Assembly: GCA_951406725.2 (NCBI GenBank)
Contig: OX597814.1
Coordinates: forward strand, 3,038,001-3,102,000
DNA length: 64,000 bases
Direction of reading: 5' to 3'
Source: Octopus vulgaris
Taxonomy: Eukaryota
Shown: piece after piece, positions 1 to 12,692 of the stretch
Position numbering within the stretch: position 1 is the first letter of the stretch
Layout of the letters: each line of letters begins with the position of its first letter
The notes under the pieces: model-generated
The model's database searches: none
Told to the model about the DNA's origin: nothing
The model's input: only the letters and a program-made list of their open reading frames with translations
Position numbers and translations under genes: made by a program

Positions 1-166
1 AGGTCATGTGCTGTTTATCTTGATATAAGATCACCATGTCGTGCACATATGGTTGTGATGCATGTGCCTGGTGTACCCTTATCAGACGGGTAGTCATGAT
101 GGGTATACTGGGCTTCGTAGATTTTACCCCAGTGTCACTTTGATGGCATGCGCTGCTCTCTCACTC
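1..166 (+). mobile_element. 3' end of an (AAT)n-tailed retroelement (LINE 3' UTR or SINE-like), truncated by the window start
   Basis: Near-identical to 9494-9659 (…CCTGGTGTACCCTTATCAGACGGGTAGTCATGATGGGTAT…CTGCTCTCTCA); both copies are followed by (AAT)n. Confidence 0.75.
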
Positions 167-199
167 ATTAATAATAATAATAATGACAATATCAATAAT

Positions 200-966
200 A
201 ATGAAGAGAACAGCCTGGTTTGGTATGTCAAATGGAGTAAAAAAGAAATGATTGAAGTGAAAATGCAGGGAACCTTAAAAGTGAACAAAGCCATGGATCC
301 AATACAATTTAAGAAAGACCAGAGTTGATGGAGAAAATTTGGCAGGACAAGAAAATGCACAGTCAGTTCTTGATGAATTAAGATAGGATTGATTGGAATA
401 GAACCTGGGAATGGCTACATAAAGGAGACTTAAAAGGGCCCATTGAGGCATTAGTGTGCAACGCTCAAGAGCAGGCTCTTAGAACAAACTACTCCATGAC
501 CGACTAAGTAGTTATATCCACTGGACAATATGCTAACAGTGCAACAATAAAAACTAACTAGAAAAGAGATAAACAAATTACCAAACAAATTACATGAAAA
601 CGACCAGGCCACAATCATCTTTGATATGTCTGTAAAAACTGACAAAAGTAATCACTCAGATATAAAAAACAAGATTGGGAAAAAAGCACCTGCTTACTGA
701 TAGACCCTTCAGTTCTTTCTGACCAAAATATTACCCAAAAAGCACTGGAGAAATTGTTAAGGTACAAAGACCACAAAATCGAAGTATTCGAGATGTGGGG
801 CATGAAGGTGAAAGCAATACTAATAATAACTGGAGCATCGGGCATGATAAAAAAAAGACATAAGCCAAAGCGTAGAAGATATACCTCGACCCTCAACACT
901 ATACACTATCCAAGAATAACTCTGCTAGGAACAGCCCACATCCTACGTGAGAAACTATCGATTTAA
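200..966 (+). pseudogene. Degenerate R4/Dong-clade non-LTR retrotransposon ORF, C-terminal region with restriction-like endonuclease (RLE)
   Basis: Translates, with frameshifts, to EENSLVWYVK, WQDKKMHSQF, WEWLHKGDLKGPIEALVCNAQEQALRTNY, HDRLSSYIHW, CLLIDPSV..EKLLRYKD..MWGMK..IITGASG and ITLLGTAHILREKL*. These match hallmark R4/Dong motifs. Confidence 0.8.
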
Positions 967-1252
967 TAATACAACTCAAATAAAACAAGACACGTTTTAT
1001 ATAGTAAATAACTAATAAAATAAACAACGCCCACAACATGTACGCTACAGGTCAGATACCCAACAGAAGAATACAACTCGCAATATACACAACACACAAT
1101 AAAATCATTAATACTTCAAACAAATCCAATAACCAAACAAACTGGTGCAATACGACACCGGGAAGAAATTTCGCTCCGCCAACAACAAAGGCAAAACACA
1201 CAATGCTGGGTTACGCAGCAGAAATTGGCCTGAAACTATCAGATGTCAAATG

Positions 1253-1276
1253 ATATTATATTATTATTATTATTAT

Positions 1277-1341
<65 letters not shown>
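1253..1341. repeat. Compound (TAT)n-(TAG)n microsatellite
   Basis: Seen directly. Confidence 0.95.
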
Positions 1342-1680
1342 CCATGAGATAGAGAATAGGAAGCTAGACATAGTCTTAATTGAGAAAGAAAACAAACTAT
1401 GCTGGATCATAGATATAGCATACCCAACTGACAACAAGGTATGCGATAAGGAAGAAAGAAAAGTCGATAGATATGACAGGTAAGCTTGGGAAGTTAAGCA
1501 GTTGTGGTTGATGAAAAAGGTAGCAGTAGTACCAATACTTGTTGGAGCCCTGGAAACAGTGAGTAAAAATCTTGAGAAGTACATGGAACAAATAGGGGCT
1601 GTAATAAGGGTAGAGCACTTGCAGAAAACAGCACTGCTTGGAACCGTTTGAACACTCCGGAAGGTGCTAAAAAAATAAGA
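1342..1680 (+). pseudogene. Second R4/Dong-type RLE endonuclease fragment (5'-truncated LINE)
   Basis: HEIENRKLDIVLIEKENKLCWIIDIAYPTD…RYDR*AWEVKQLW…VVPILVGALETV…LQKTALLGTV*TLRKVL, with in-frame stops. Confidence 0.85.
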
Positions 1681-2989
1681 GGTGTTACCTTAATGGACTG
1701 GTAGTGGACTCATAATTCTCTTCAAAGAAACAAGGTTTTTCTCGTATTTCTTTACGCAGTTGCTTGTCCGACTATTTCATGAAACTCGAAGTAGCTCACG
1801 TATAAATGCTGCATTCAATAAGTATATTCATGTATATACATATATACATACACACACACAGTGTTTGTGTATGTGTCTGTGTGTGTGGTCTGACAGTCGC
1901 ATAGTATAACAAAAGGCATTTATCATGCTGTGCTTTTGGGACCCGTTGAATTCTTGAACTTCCATGTAGATCTTCCATGAAAAATGGAATAAGCGATACA
2001 TGTTGACTAAAGGATCTAATCCCTTTGCATCGTCTGGCAGTTTAAATGCAACTTTCCTTATGCTTTGGTTCTGTGGAGTGAATGGAAAGTAAACATGAGA
2101 TGTCTGAAAGGCCTCCAGGAGTGAAGAACGTTATCAAACGTATGTACAATATGAAAACTGTTTAATGCAGGTATTGGAACCTGGTTGCAGAATATGACCA
2201 GAGAGTCGGCAGGTGGTCGTCTCAGCTGCTAGAAATAGCAATCAAATTCAACTCAATAACTTACTAAGTGATGTAAAAAATTACTAATTGATAAATGTGT
2301 AGCCTTAAAATATTCTAAAATATTATCTTCTTTAGTCTCTGGTTTAAAAATATTCTGGGCTGCCACTGCTGGAACGCTTTTCATCATAGGATTTCTTGGT
2401 CACAACTGACCAGGTTTAAACTTGTGTAGAAACAGCTGGGGTTGTAGTTGTCCAAGCTCTAGGCCCTTAAAAACAGAGTAGAGACGGTGAAAGAGAAAAG
2501 AGAGACGAAAATGCCTCTTCTTTGTGGGCCTGTAAGATTGTGCTTTGCCCTCTTCACTGGAAACTGGAAATTCAATGCCATTCTACGAAACCTCTTCGAT
2601 AAATTCCTATCCACATTCCATCGTCATCAGTTTTCTTCGACTCTCAACTTCAACAATAATATAAACCATAAACCATAGTGGAGGCGAAATCAGTAAACAT
2701 CTCCGTGGTCACATAATTTGCTAGAAATAGCAACCAAGTTTCTTTGAAATCACAGCCAAACGTAAAAAAAAGAACTCATTCGATAGTATGGTTTCAAATG
2801 TATAATTGAATGAAGATGAAAGCAGTGACGGTCACAGCTGGAACACTTTTAGATATAAATCAATAATGACAACAATATAAAGCATATCGAATTCATCGAT
2901 AACAATAACAACCAGCGGTAACAATAACAACAACCTCTCCACTCCTAAACATCCGAGATTTCATTTCACTGACCATAGCTAAATGTCGC

Positions 2990-3260
2990 TCAAACCACAA
3001 AATAAGAAAATTCGAGAACGGAGCAGAGTAAGCGATGTGGTCGCAGAAAGTAGAAATTCCGATGGGGCGGTCGGACATGTGGTAAACTTCACAGACAACG
3101 GGTAACAGACAACGGCGAGTAACATATCCAAAAGATTAGGAAAATCCACTTGGAAGGCCTTCATGATGGTAAGAAGATGATTCAGTTAAGTAACTTAGGT
3201 CAGGGGAGAAAGAATGGCGCAATCAAAACTGAATTGGAAGCGCATTGTGATAAGCGGTGT
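2990..3260 (+). pseudogene. Highly degenerate RTE-clade LINE C-terminal fragment
   Basis: NKKIRERSRVSDVVAESR…VGHVVNFTDN…PLGRPS resembles the RTE C-terminal NxEIRxRTxV…WAGHVxRxxDNRW…RPxGRP segment. Confidence 0.55.
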
Positions 3261-3637
3261 ATAATAGCATCTGATTGTCTGGTAGATACTGTGAAGCTGT
3301 GATGAAGGATTTATTGGACTTTGTACTTTCTGAAATATCGAGATGGCCACGATTGGAATATGTCTGATCTTATCTGTATTTGGTTCATCAGAGCCGACTC
3401 GGAACTCATCAACAACAACAATAACAACAACGATAACAAGAAAAAAAAAGAATATCTTCTTTTGCCCCAGGGACTCAACAATAATCTAGGATTATGTGGA
3501 ATATATTTGGTGAGTCGTGTTTATTTTGTTTCGAGAGATTGACTGTGGCGTGTACATGTTATTTCAGTGTTCTATATACGTGTGCGCGTGTGTACATATC
3601 TCTCTCATCTTTCTTTCCTCCTCCTCCCCTTCTCTCT

Positions 3638-3880
<243 letters not shown>

Positions 3881-4484
3881 ACGTATGCATATATTTTCTT
3901 GGTAGAAATGAAATTGTCAATCTTTGTCCGTTCTTTATTTATCTACAACTTCTCGCACTGGATTTCCCGCTCTCCCTCTCCCTCTCTCCCACTCTCTCTC
4001 TCTTCCTTCTTCTCCCTCCCTCCTTACCCACTCCCTTTCTGTCTATGTCTCTTCTCTCTCGCACTCTTTCGCCTCCTCTACGCCAGAGTACGTTGTAAAA
4101 AGGGTTGTCTTTCATTATTATTGTTTCCAGTTCAGTTCTACGTCTCAGTGTTAAACCATGTTTGCTAGATTTCGGGTGTCATTCTTCGGTTCTTAAAAAA
4201 ACACACGCTTCACTTACACCTTTCAGCCCAACACACACAAACAAACACACACACGTACCAAACATTCCCCAACACTCACATTCACACATTTATCAATACT
4301 CTCATACAAGTAATATACATACAAATGATATATATACAAGACGGGCTTCTTTCAGTTTCCCTTTCTACCAAATTCACTCACAGGGATTTGGACGGCCCGA
4401 GATTATAGCAGAAAGCACTTACTCGCCTTGTGCTTGAATGAGTCGTGGGTGGCGACCCAGTCAATATATATATATATAGATATA

Positions 4485-4716
4485 AGGCGGTAAGCTGGCA
4501 GAACCGTTAGCACGCCGGGCGAAGTGCGTAGCCGTATTTCGTCCGCCGTTATGTTCTGAGTTCAAATTCCGCCGAGGTCGACTTTGCCTTTCATCCTTTC
4601 GGGGTCGATAAATTAAGTACTAGTTACGCACTGGGGTCGATGTAATCGACTTAATCTCTTTGTCTGTCCTTGTTTGTCCTCTCTGTGTTTATCCCTTTGT
4701 GGGCAGTAAAGAAATA
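4485..4716 (+). mobile_element. tRNA-derived SINE family 1, monomer with tail A
   Basis: A-box-like TGGCAGAA, B-box GAGTTCAAATTCC, central GTCGACTTTGCCTTTCATCCTTTCGGGGTCGATAAA..AAGTAC (resembles the MetaSINE domain from memory), tail ending AAAGAAATA; many copies in the window. Confidence 0.85.
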
Positions 4717-5314
4717 AATATATATAGATTTTCCTACAGGAATCAATGGCTGATTCCGCAAAATGGTAAATGGGAAAATTAAAAAATATTTAAGGTGGGG
4801 CGATGCAATTCGAAACCAAGAATAAAATAATTCACCATCACAAAACAGTGACAAAGGATGTTTTTTTCTGTGGCTAAAGATATTTTTGACTCATTTCTAG
4901 CAATGCTGCTGCCCCTCCATCCTTCGTCACTGTTTAGTGACGGTGAATTATATATATATAGGTAATCTTGGAGGGAAAATACGAATTCATTCGTCGATAT
5001 AGATTTGGATGTGCTGACTATCTTCTGTTATTTCCCGATGGCGCTGGATCGGGATGCAAAGAGTAGGTTCATAGCATTTTCAAATTTATAAATTATCGAA
5101 TTATTGAGTGGATGACAGGAATGAACTTGTATAATTCTAACGGGTCCACACTCAATCGAAGACTGTTTGATTTCGTTATTTTTCTTCTTGTTACCTATGT
5201 GAGTTACAAATATTGTTATCTGTGGAGTAATATCTGTAGTAAAAAGGAATAAGCTGTCTTTGGCTGCTATTTCTAAAGTTTCGGTAAGTGGTTAAGCAAC
5301 TTGTTGCTTAACCG

Positions 5315-5387
<73 letters not shown>

Positions 5388-5391
<4 letters not shown>

Positions 5392-5648
5392 TGAATTAGA
5401 GATAAAACCACTATTAGGCAAATCAAACAATGAAAAACATAAGCCAATGCATAAAATTAATTAATTAATTAATTCATATTATTTTAAATATATATCAAAA
5501 GTATTAAAATTTTACTCTTTATCTTTTATTAAACTTTTAATACTTTTGATATATATTTAAAATAATATAAATTAATTAATTTTATGTATTTGCTTATGTT
5601 TTTCATTGTATGATTTGCCTAATAGTGGTTTTATCTCTAATTTAATAT
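5388..5648. repeat. AT-rich fold-back palindrome (~120 bp arms) abutting a (TA)n array
   Basis: ATTAGAGATAAAACCACTATTAGGCAAATCA… pairs with …TGATTTGCCTAATAGTGGTTTTATCTCTAAT. Confidence 0.85.
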
Positions 5649-6141
5649 ATTATAATATTTTATTATAAAATTGGATTTAATCCTAAATCTGATTTTTCCC
5701 TGAAAGTTTGGATTTATTCCCTAATATTTTATTATTAATTTATATATATGTATATATGACCTTTTTCCTTTCCTTTCCTTCCATTATTCCTTTTCTTCCT
5801 GCATTTTGATTCCCAGCTACACCCAATCTATGCTTATTTTGTGCCTCACCTTGGGCTAAAAAGTCCAATTGTCTTCTAAACTTACTTCTCATATTTTTAT
5901 AGGTGTTTTCTTCATTTTTTTTTCTCAAATTTTTTTTCTTCATTCATTCTCTGAAATCCTATCCATTTGGACTCACTATTGTATTGTGGCTGACTTGGGA
6001 ATTCCGCGTGGCAATATAAATTCCATTGAGGTAATTCCAGCCTGTTGACTAGCTACTCTGAAGAGAATTCTTTGCGTAACAATCGCATTATGAGCTTTAG
6101 CCAGTTAAAAAGTATGGGTAGCTTACATTTTACTAATTCCA

Positions 6142-6193
<52 letters not shown>

Positions 6194-6306
6194 AATAGTA
6201 ATGGTAAGAACTCTAAAGAATGAATGAGACCTTGATATTATGTAAATAGAGGAATTTATCTGTAATATATGTGCGAATAATTGTCACATATTATATTATA
6301 TTATAT

Positions 6307-6359
<53 letters not shown>

Positions 6360-6360
<1 letters not shown>

Positions 6361-6535
6361 CATAGAAAAACAAATATGAAGGCAGGTGTTGGAACAACAA
6401 ACAAGTGTATTAGTTTGACGCTCGGGGAAAATGGAGAAGTCTTTTACGTTTCGAGCATACGCTCTTCGACAGAAAGGAACAAGAGGAGATAAATAGAGAG
6501 AGAATGAAAAAGACGTGTTGAATTTAGCGGTCCAA
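6360..6535 (-). mobile_element. Short (TA)n-associated element with hammerhead-like motif (family H1)
   Basis: Minus strand 6440-6476 reads CTTT-CTGTCGA-A-GAGC-GTAT-GCTC-GAAA-CGTA-AAAG; inverted near-identical partner at 8448-8622. Confidence 0.7.
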
Positions 6536-6541
6536 CACACA

Positions 6542-6581
<40 letters not shown>

Positions 6582-6584
6582 TAT

Positions 6585-6667
<83 letters not shown>

Positions 6668-6937
6668 TATGCCTTGCTTTAATGACTGGAAGGAAGTGGC
6701 ACTCAGAAACACCTCACAGCAATCAGTCATGAAGTGGCTCTCTTTCAGTATGGAAAGGTATCTTAATTTCTTAAAAAATGTTAGAGATTCTGTTTTATTA
6801 TTAATAATCATAGATATTGCTACCTTAGAGACACCAATTAATTCAATTAAAAAAAGACAGTCCCAATACAGCTACAATTTCCCTTGGTGTCTCAAAGATG
6901 GAAAAATCTATAGTCATTTATGATAAAAGGGTATGAA

Positions 6938-7275
6938 CATGGCTTAGTGGTTAGAGAGTCAGGCTTACACTTGAGAAGTTGTAAATTTGATTCCCGGCCC
7001 GAGATGTATGTTGTGTTCTTGAGCCAAACATTTTATTTCACGTTTCTCCAGTTCACTTAGCCGTAGAAATGAGTCGTGACGTCACTGGTGTCAAGTTGTA
7101 TCGGCCTTTGCTTTTCCCTTGGATAGAATCATTGGCGTGGAGAGGAGGAGGCTGGTATGCATTGGCGACTGCTGGTCTTTCCTAAACCACCTTGCCCGGC
7201 CTTGTGGCTCGGAGGGGAACTTGCTAGGTGCAATCCCATTGTCATTCATGACCTAAGGTGTCTTTCCCCCTTACC
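6938..7275 (+). mobile_element. tRNA-derived SINE family 3 (CORE-like centre, tail …GGTGCAATCCCAT.GTCATTCATGACC)
   Basis: A-box TGGCTTAGTGG, centre TTGTGTTCTTGAGC; homologous to the minus-strand copy at 12948-13259. Confidence 0.75.
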
Positions 7276-7319
7276 CTATAACACAACCGAGAGTTTCATG
7301 CTTTTATGATACTTGGTGT

Positions 7320-7745
7320 CTTCCAGTTCGATAAAAGAAACCTGTCCTTGTGTTTACACCTGTTAAAAATTTCAGATCTGGCATTTAGCAATGTATTAGA
7401 ATTGCTAGGTCTACGAAGAATACGAGATCTTTCTGCTACTCCGGATTGAGTTGCTATCCTGCAGACTTTGACATATTTTTCTGTTATTTCGTTCTATACC
7501 AGTTGTATTTAATGTACTTTCTGCAATCAGGGACGCCGAGGATCTTAGTTTTCCTGATTCCATTTCTTTTTTCTAGTTCCATAATTTTGCTGTTCAGCGT
7601 CCTTGTGTTTATTTTTTTCATTTATATAACCCATAAACAGAGCCTGTAAGATCGCTTAAAGATACATGGTGCATTTTATAAATATGCCTGTTCAAGTATT
7701 ATTAAAAAAATGAAACTGTTAACAGTCTCTCTGTTGTGTATTCAA
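7320..7745 (-). pseudogene. Penelope-like element GIY-YIG endonuclease C-terminal fragment
   Basis: Minus strand gives KVCRI…AERSRIL…NTLLNARSEIFNRCKHKDRFLL, matching the PLE motif CxLCxxEK..LLNxRSExxSKCRHxNKFLL; adjoins (TA)n at ~7748. Confidence 0.7.
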
Positions 7746-7751
7746 TTTATA

Positions 7752-7783
<32 letters not shown>

Positions 7784-8343
7784 CACAATGTATATATGTA
7801 TGTATAACCTGAAGGGTTACTCAATATTTTTTTAATAGAATACATACGAACTTTTACGGGGAAAAGGCTCATATTGTCTTCGAAGTTTCGCCTTACTCGC
7901 CTTCGTCAAACTATTCCTTTCAATATCATGTATGCGGTTCCATATTCAATACTATGTATACGTTTCCATAGTTTCTTCGACGACCGAGCTAATGTTATTC
8001 CATACCTCGACTAGTCTTACATGTAATTGTTCTTTTGGGTGAATGACAACAATACCTGTTCTTTCGAGTTTTTTCTTTTTTTTTTGACATTGCTGTACCT
8101 ACAATTGAACACCTCAAACTCTCACCAGAATAGAGAGTCTGTGGGGACATAATCCTGCTCTGTCAAAATAGCGGAAAATAAAGGCATCGCTGCTCTTTGG
8201 GGCTTTGATTAGTTAAGTTGCTGCAGTTAATAAGACCAACAGACCAGACATTGTGGTGAAGGATAATCTTCACGAAACAAATTCAGCAAACAACACCTCG
8301 GTGAAAACAATTGATAAGTTAAATAAATGCAAGAACTTTACAA

Positions 8344-8427
<84 letters not shown>

Positions 8428-8447
8428 CGTGTGTGTGTGTGTTTGTG

Positions 8448-8617
8448 TTGGACCTCTAAATTCAACACGTCTTTTTCATTCTCTCTCTATTTATTTTCTC
8501 TTGTTCCTTTCTGTCGAAGAGCGTAGGCTCGAAACGTAAAAGACTTCTCCATTTTCCCCGAGCGTCAAACTAATACACTTGTTTGTTGTTCCAACACCTG
8601 CCTTCATATTTGTTTTC

Positions 8618-8622
<5 letters not shown>
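8448..8622 (+). mobile_element. Short (TA)n-associated element with hammerhead-like motif (family H1)
   Basis: 8507-8542 CTTT-CTGTCGA-A-GAGC-GTAG-GCTC-GAAA-CGTA-AAAG; 3' end runs into (TA)n. Confidence 0.7.
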
Positions 8623-8664
<42 letters not shown>

Positions 8665-8704
8665 ATATAATATAATATAATATAATATAATATAATATGT
8701 GACG

Positions 8705-9060
8705 CCAAAGAGCAACAGCTGTACTTGTGATCAGTGGAGCTTTAATATCAAATGCTGTTCTTAAATTCTGTGATCAAATACCAGGAAACCTCATAGTATG
8801 GAAATTACAAAGATATTGTTCCCATAGGCGCAGCCCACATTCTAAGAATTTGAATCTTGTCAAATTTTTCAAAATTCCAAATATTACAACAACCTTTTAA
8901 CAGATAATTCTTTAAATTCCGTCTCCTTTCCCAGGAATACATCATTGTTACTCATAAATAACACCCACAGTAAAATGTTCCACTTGCTTTTTCTTTAAGT
9001 TTCTGAGTTAGACTTGGGACAACTCTTATAAAACAAAACAACACTAACAACGGGAAAATA
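8705..9060 (+). pseudogene. Third, very degenerate R4/Dong RLE C-terminus plus 3' UTR ending in (AAT)n
   Basis: AVLVISGAL…DQIPGN…IVPIGAAHILRI resembles PVVIGALG…IPG…QKxxLLGTAHILR. Confidence 0.55.
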
Positions 9061-9093
9061 ATAACAATAATAATAATAATAACGATAATAACA

Positions 9094-9659
9094 GGCAGTA
9101 GCTATGCCCTGATGCAGTACCAGGCAGAGGCTCTCATGGCTTCTGATCTTAACTGATTGGAAGTGTTATCATGTACATTGTTTTGTCTTGGTGTAAAAGA
9201 TGGGCTACAGCAAATATTCTGCTCAATACCACAGATTTGCTTGTCAGTTGTTTGACCATAACTAGTTGAGCATGTCCCTTAGTGGCTGACGATATGTGCA
9301 TCTCTGATCACGGGCAGAAGTAGTGGGGGAGCATCATAGCCATATGTTGAGAGGGATTATTTGGGGTTTGAATAATTCACCTCTGGAAACATGGGTGTTT
9401 CGTTCAACATCCTTAAACAACCCTTATTCAGGGACCTTTCGAGTGGGATGGGTTACTCGACCTGAAGAAAATTCTAACTGGGCCCCACCTGCAAGGCCAT
9501 GTGCTGTTTATTTTGATATGATATCACCATGTCGCGCACATATGGTTGTGATGCATGTGCCTGGTGTACCCTTATCAGACGGGTAGTCATGATGGGTATA
9601 TTGGGCTTCGTATATTTTACCCCAGTGTCACTTTGATGGCATGCACTGCTCTCTCAATC
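9094..9659 (+). mobile_element. ~565 bp retroelement inserted within an (AAT)n array
   Basis: Flanked by (AAT)n on both sides (9060-9092, 9660-9702); its 3' part is repeated at 1-166. Confidence 0.75.
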
Positions 9660-9702
<43 letters not shown>

Positions 9703-9705
9703 TTA

Positions 9706-10305
9706 ATCTTTTACTCTTTACTCTTTTACTTGTTTCAGTCATTTGACTGCGGCCATGCTGGAGCACCGCCCTCTGTCGAGCAAATCGACCCCGGGACTTA
9801 TTCTTTGTAAGCCCAGTACTTATTCTATCGGTCTCTTTTGCCGGACCGCTAAGTGACGGGGACGTAAACACACCAGCATCGGTTGTCAAGCAATGCCAGG
9901 GGGGCAAACACAGACACACACACACAAACATACACACACATATATATACATATATATATATACATATATACAACTGGCTTCTTTCAGTTTCCGTCAACCA
10001 AATCCACTCACAAGGCATTGGTCGGCCCGGGGCTATAGCAGAAGACACTTGCCCAAGATGCCACGCAGTGGGACTGAACACGGAACCATGTGGTTGGTAA
10101 GCAAGCTACTTACCACACAGCCACTCATGTATATATATATATATACATATACGACAGGCTTCTTTCAGTTTCCGTCTACCAAATCCACTCACAAGGCATT
10201 GGTCGGCCCGAGGCTATAGCAGAAGACACTTGCTTAAGATGCCACGCAGTGGGACTGAACCCGGAACCATGTGGTTGGTTAGCAAGCTACTTACCACACA
10301 GCCAC
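9706..10305 (-). mobile_element. SINE family 2 (CORE-like, internal microsatellite, (AAAAGAGT)n-like tail) with a tandem extra 5' module
   Basis: Reverse complement of the 38139-38545 copy; the 5' module occurs twice (9975-10125 and 10150-10305). Confidence 0.85.
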
Positions 10306-10307
10306 TA

Positions 10308-10308
10308 C

Positions 10309-10371
<63 letters not shown>

Positions 10372-11030
10372 GTGAGAAGGATAACGGTAGTAATAATTAA
10401 GCAATGGCGCATTGTAAACAAGACAATGAGGTTTTCTTTTAGCGCCAGAACGTGTGAATAAATCAAGTGAGATATTATTTCTATGATAGACTGTGTCATA
10501 AATCTTTCTTCGCTGAACTAACATTACAATAACAATAACAACAATAACAACCATAATAACACCGACAATAACAACAACGACAACGACACATCGTCGATGC
10601 AAACAACTTTGAACACAACAGTCAGTAACTTCAAGAACTGAAGCGACGATAGCGATAACTCAACGACGACCGGTGGGGTGGGGGGGAAGACAGCTACATC
10701 GACAACAACAACAACAACAAAAATGAAGAAACTTTGACTGATGATGATGATGATGACGATGATGATGATGATGATGATAAGGAAGCTCGTGATGATTATG
10801 AAGACAACGAAGAGAATGATGGTTTTGTCTATGGTGGTGGTGGTGGTGGTTTCGGGGATGACGACGACGGCGACGATGACAATGACCATGGTGAGGTGAA
10901 AGTAATGACGAGGCAGCTGCTGTTGATGACGGTGGCGATGACAACGACGCTGACGACGACGTTGGTTACCATGGTGACAATGATGAAAATGGCGATTGTT
11001 ATTAGTAGTAGTAGTAGTAGTAGTAGTATT
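10308..11030. repeat. Compound trinucleotide region: (AAT)n, (AAC)n, (GAT)n, (GGT)n, (GAC)n, (TAG)n
   Basis: Seen directly; source of the poly-D/H/I ORFs. Confidence 0.85.
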
Positions 11031-11037
11031 TTATTTG

Positions 11038-11682
11038 AGGCGGTGAGCTGGCGGAATCGTTTGCACATCGGGCGAAATGCTTAGCGGTATTTCGTCTGCC
11101 GCTACGTTCTGAGTTCAAATTCCGCCGAGGCCGACTTTGCCATTCATCCTTTCGGGGTCGATTAAATAAGTACCAGTTACGCACTGGGGTCGGTGTAATC
11201 GACTTAATCCGTTTGTATGTCCTTGTTTGTCTCCTCTGTGTTTAGCCCTTTGTGGGTAGTAAAGAAATAGGTATTTCATCTGTCTTTACTTTCTGAGTTC
11301 AAATTCCGCCGAGGTTGACTTTGCCTTTCATTCTTCGGGGTTGATAAATTAAGTACCAGTCATGTACTAGGGCGGATGTAATTCACTCATCCCCTCCCCA
11401 AAATAGCTGCCCTTGGGCAAATTTTGAAGCTATTATCATTATTATTATTATTGCGTCGAGCTGGCAGAATCGTTATCACGCTGGGCGAAATGCTTAGCGG
11501 TATTTCGTCTGTCTTTATGTCATGAGTTCAAATTCCGCCAAGGTCGACTTTGCTTTTCTTCCTTTCAGGTTAGATTAAATAAGTACCAGTTACGCACTGG
11601 GATCGATATAATCGACTTAATCCCTTTGTCTGTCCTTGTTTCTCCCCTCTGTGTCTAGCCCCTTGTGAGCAATAAAGAAATA
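11038..11682 (+). mobile_element. SINE family 1 head-sharing dimer (11038-~11430) followed by a monomer (11453-11682)
   Basis: Junction AAAGAAATA|GGTATTTC at ~11270. Confidence 0.85.
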
Positions 11683-11759
11683 AGATTGAGGAATGACACC
11701 CTTCTCTTCAGTCAAGCTCTCATCAACTTTTTCAAGTTCTACTTAGAAAAGAAAGTAAC

Positions 11760-12065
11760 GGTGGAGGAGTTACGAATGTTCCAGCTGACCCGATCAACAG
11801 AACAGCCTGCTCGTGAAATTAACATGCAAGTGGCTGAGTGCTCCACAGACACGCGTGCCCTTAACGTAGTTCTCATGAAGATTCAACGTGACAAAGAATA
11901 TGTCAAGGTCGACACCGTCAAATACAGGTTCGACTCATTTTTGCCAGCTGAGTGGACTGGAGGAACGTGAAATAAAATATTTTGCTCAAGGATACATAGC
12001 GATGCTGGGAATCGAACTCTTGGTCTTACGACCGCGAGCCGAATACCTAAACCACTAAGCCATGA
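11760..12065 (-). mobile_element. tRNA-derived SINE family 4
   Basis: Shares the tail …GTGTCTGTGGAGCACTCAGCCACTTGCA.GTTAATTTCACGAGCAGGCTGTTC… with 21985-22355, 23585-23890, 26650-26972 and 55245-55622. Confidence 0.75.
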
Positions 12066-12281
12066 ACCTTCACATTCAATAAGCATATGCTTCAGAAAAA
12101 AAGTGTTAGTCGAGTACAGAGCGTAATAAGAGACTGTGAGTGACTAGGGAACAAGAAATTCTGGAATGGACTTCATTACATTACTAATGAGGAATCTGTA
12201 ATTAGTATTTTGTATTTCATAATTACAAACAAAAACAAAGAGAATTTAAAAATTCTGCATTTACAGACATAAATATTCCTA

Positions 12282-12692
12282 GGCTCAGGAGTGGCTGTGA
12301 GGTAAAAGGTTTGCATACAAACCACATGGTTCTGGGTTCAGTCCCACTGCGTGGCATCTTGCGCAGTTGTGTTGTACTATAGCTTCGGGCCGACTAAATC
12401 CTTGTGACTAGATTCGGTAGACGGAAATATATGTCTATATATATATTTATATTTATATTTATTTATTTATTTATGTTCTTTTGTGCCTGTGTTTGTCCCA
12501 AACACACACACCATCACTTCACAACCGATGTTGATATGTTTATCTCATTGAAACTTAGCGGTTCAGTCAAAGAGACCGATGGGATACTAGGCTTACAAAG
12601 AATAAGTCCTGGGGTCAATTTGTTCGACCTATGGTGCTGCTCCAGCATGGCCGCCGTCCAATGACTGAAACTAGTAAAAGCGTAAAAGAGTG
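12282..12692 (+). mobile_element. SINE family 2, diverged full copy
   Basis: GGAGTGGCTGTG…GGTTCAGTCCCACTGCGTGGCA…TCCAGCATGGCC…GTAAAAGAG. Confidence 0.8.

Noticed and set aside
4485-4580. SINE heads with A and B boxes as possible tRNA genes
   Set aside because: No complete cloverleaf; they are continuous with SINE bodies in many diverged copies.
4960-5280. Possible Penelope RT-thumb fragment on the minus strand (HSCHP)
   Set aside because: Only a single short motif.
7880-7915. Hammerhead-like TTGACGA…GAAACTTC on the minus strand
   Set aside because: Stem II does not pair and C3 is absent.
10524-11084. Poly-Asp/His/Gly ORFs resembling low-complexity proteins
   Set aside because: Compound trinucleotide repeats open in several frames, with no domain or splice support.
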